DNA from: a virus
Reading direction: 5' to 3' (one strand)
Virus record (IMG/VR): IMGVR_UViG_3300031159_000072
Coordinates: 1 to 64,000 of that record
Length of the DNA stretch: 64,000 bases
Both the position numbers and the translations under genes were made by a program. Under the pieces are notes generated by a model. The model searched no databases, was not told the DNA's origin, and saw only the letters and a program-made list of their open reading frames with translations. Below, piece after piece: positions 63,991 through 64,000 of this stretch; within the stretch, counting starts at the first letter, position 1, and every line of letters starts with the position of its first letter.

Positions 63991-64000
63991 GATCTCGGCG

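Larger units (their letters stand above)
1..64000. mobile_element. temperate phage / prophage (integrase + lysogeny/accessory arm, packaging-structural-lysis, recombination and replication modules)
   Basis: Integrase at the left edge, terminase-portal-capsid-tail-spanin modules, SSB/Sak4/primase-helicase genes; no host housekeeping genes anywhere in the window. Confidence 0.75.

Noticed and set aside
1-64000. A CRISPR array or rRNA
   Set aside because: There are no regularly spaced direct repeats of CRISPR type. The only tandem repeat is the coding (GAGCCN)15 tract. No rRNA-like conserved blocks.

Overview
The whole 64 kb window looks like one high-GC temperate phage or prophage, with tightly packed, translationally coupled genes (many ATGA and TGATG stop/start overlaps). 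It falls into strand-coherent modules.

Module 1 (1-19.4 kb, minus strand) is the lysogeny/accessory arm:
- a tyrosine integrase at the left edge and a LuxR-type HTH regulator;
- a striking tandem array of 7-8 small paralogous proteins that all end in the peptide Φ-F-(D/E)-E-W-(E/Q)-COOH, one of them frameshifted at a poly-G tract;
- a CobT-like vWA protein coupled to a CobS/MoxR-like AAA+ ATPase;
- small membrane proteins, an SPFH/band-7 protein and a second AAA ATPase with an unrecognised N-domain;
- small DNA-binding proteins.

Module 2 (19.6-52.4 kb, plus strand) is packaging, structure and lysis:
- terminase small and large subunits and a portal;
- tail-fibre-like proteins, one with a tail-collar domain;
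- a scaffold, then two tandem tRNA-like elements and a terminator, then an HK97-like major capsid;
- tail and internal-virion proteins;
- a reverse-oriented secreted moron;
- a 3077-aa giant 'polyvalent' internal protein with two HExxH zincin motifs;
- a peptidoglycan-hydrolase candidate followed by an embedded i-/o-spanin pair.

Module 3 (52.4-56.7 kb, minus strand) is recombination and nucleotide metabolism: a dGTP-diphosphohydrolase-like protein, a nucleoside 2-deoxyribosyltransferase-like protein, a Cas4/RecB-like nuclease, an SSB ending ...DDSIPF, a Sak4-like ATPase and a Gp157-like protein that begins MSKFDEWE.

Module 4 (56.9-62.9 kb, plus strand) follows a divergent switch region: a Cro-like HTH, a primase-polymerase/helicase, HNH and endonuclease-VII-like nucleases, a resolvase-like PD-(D/E)xK protein, Zn-ribbon and membrane proteins, and an iteron-like AT-richer region.

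The right end (63.2-64 kb) switches back to the minus strand. There is no CRISPR and no rRNA.

Starts trimmed by hand are accurate to about ±3 nt. One line of the sequence as I read it disagreed by a single base with the supplied ORF frames near 17.34 kb, so single-base coordinates should be treated cautiously.
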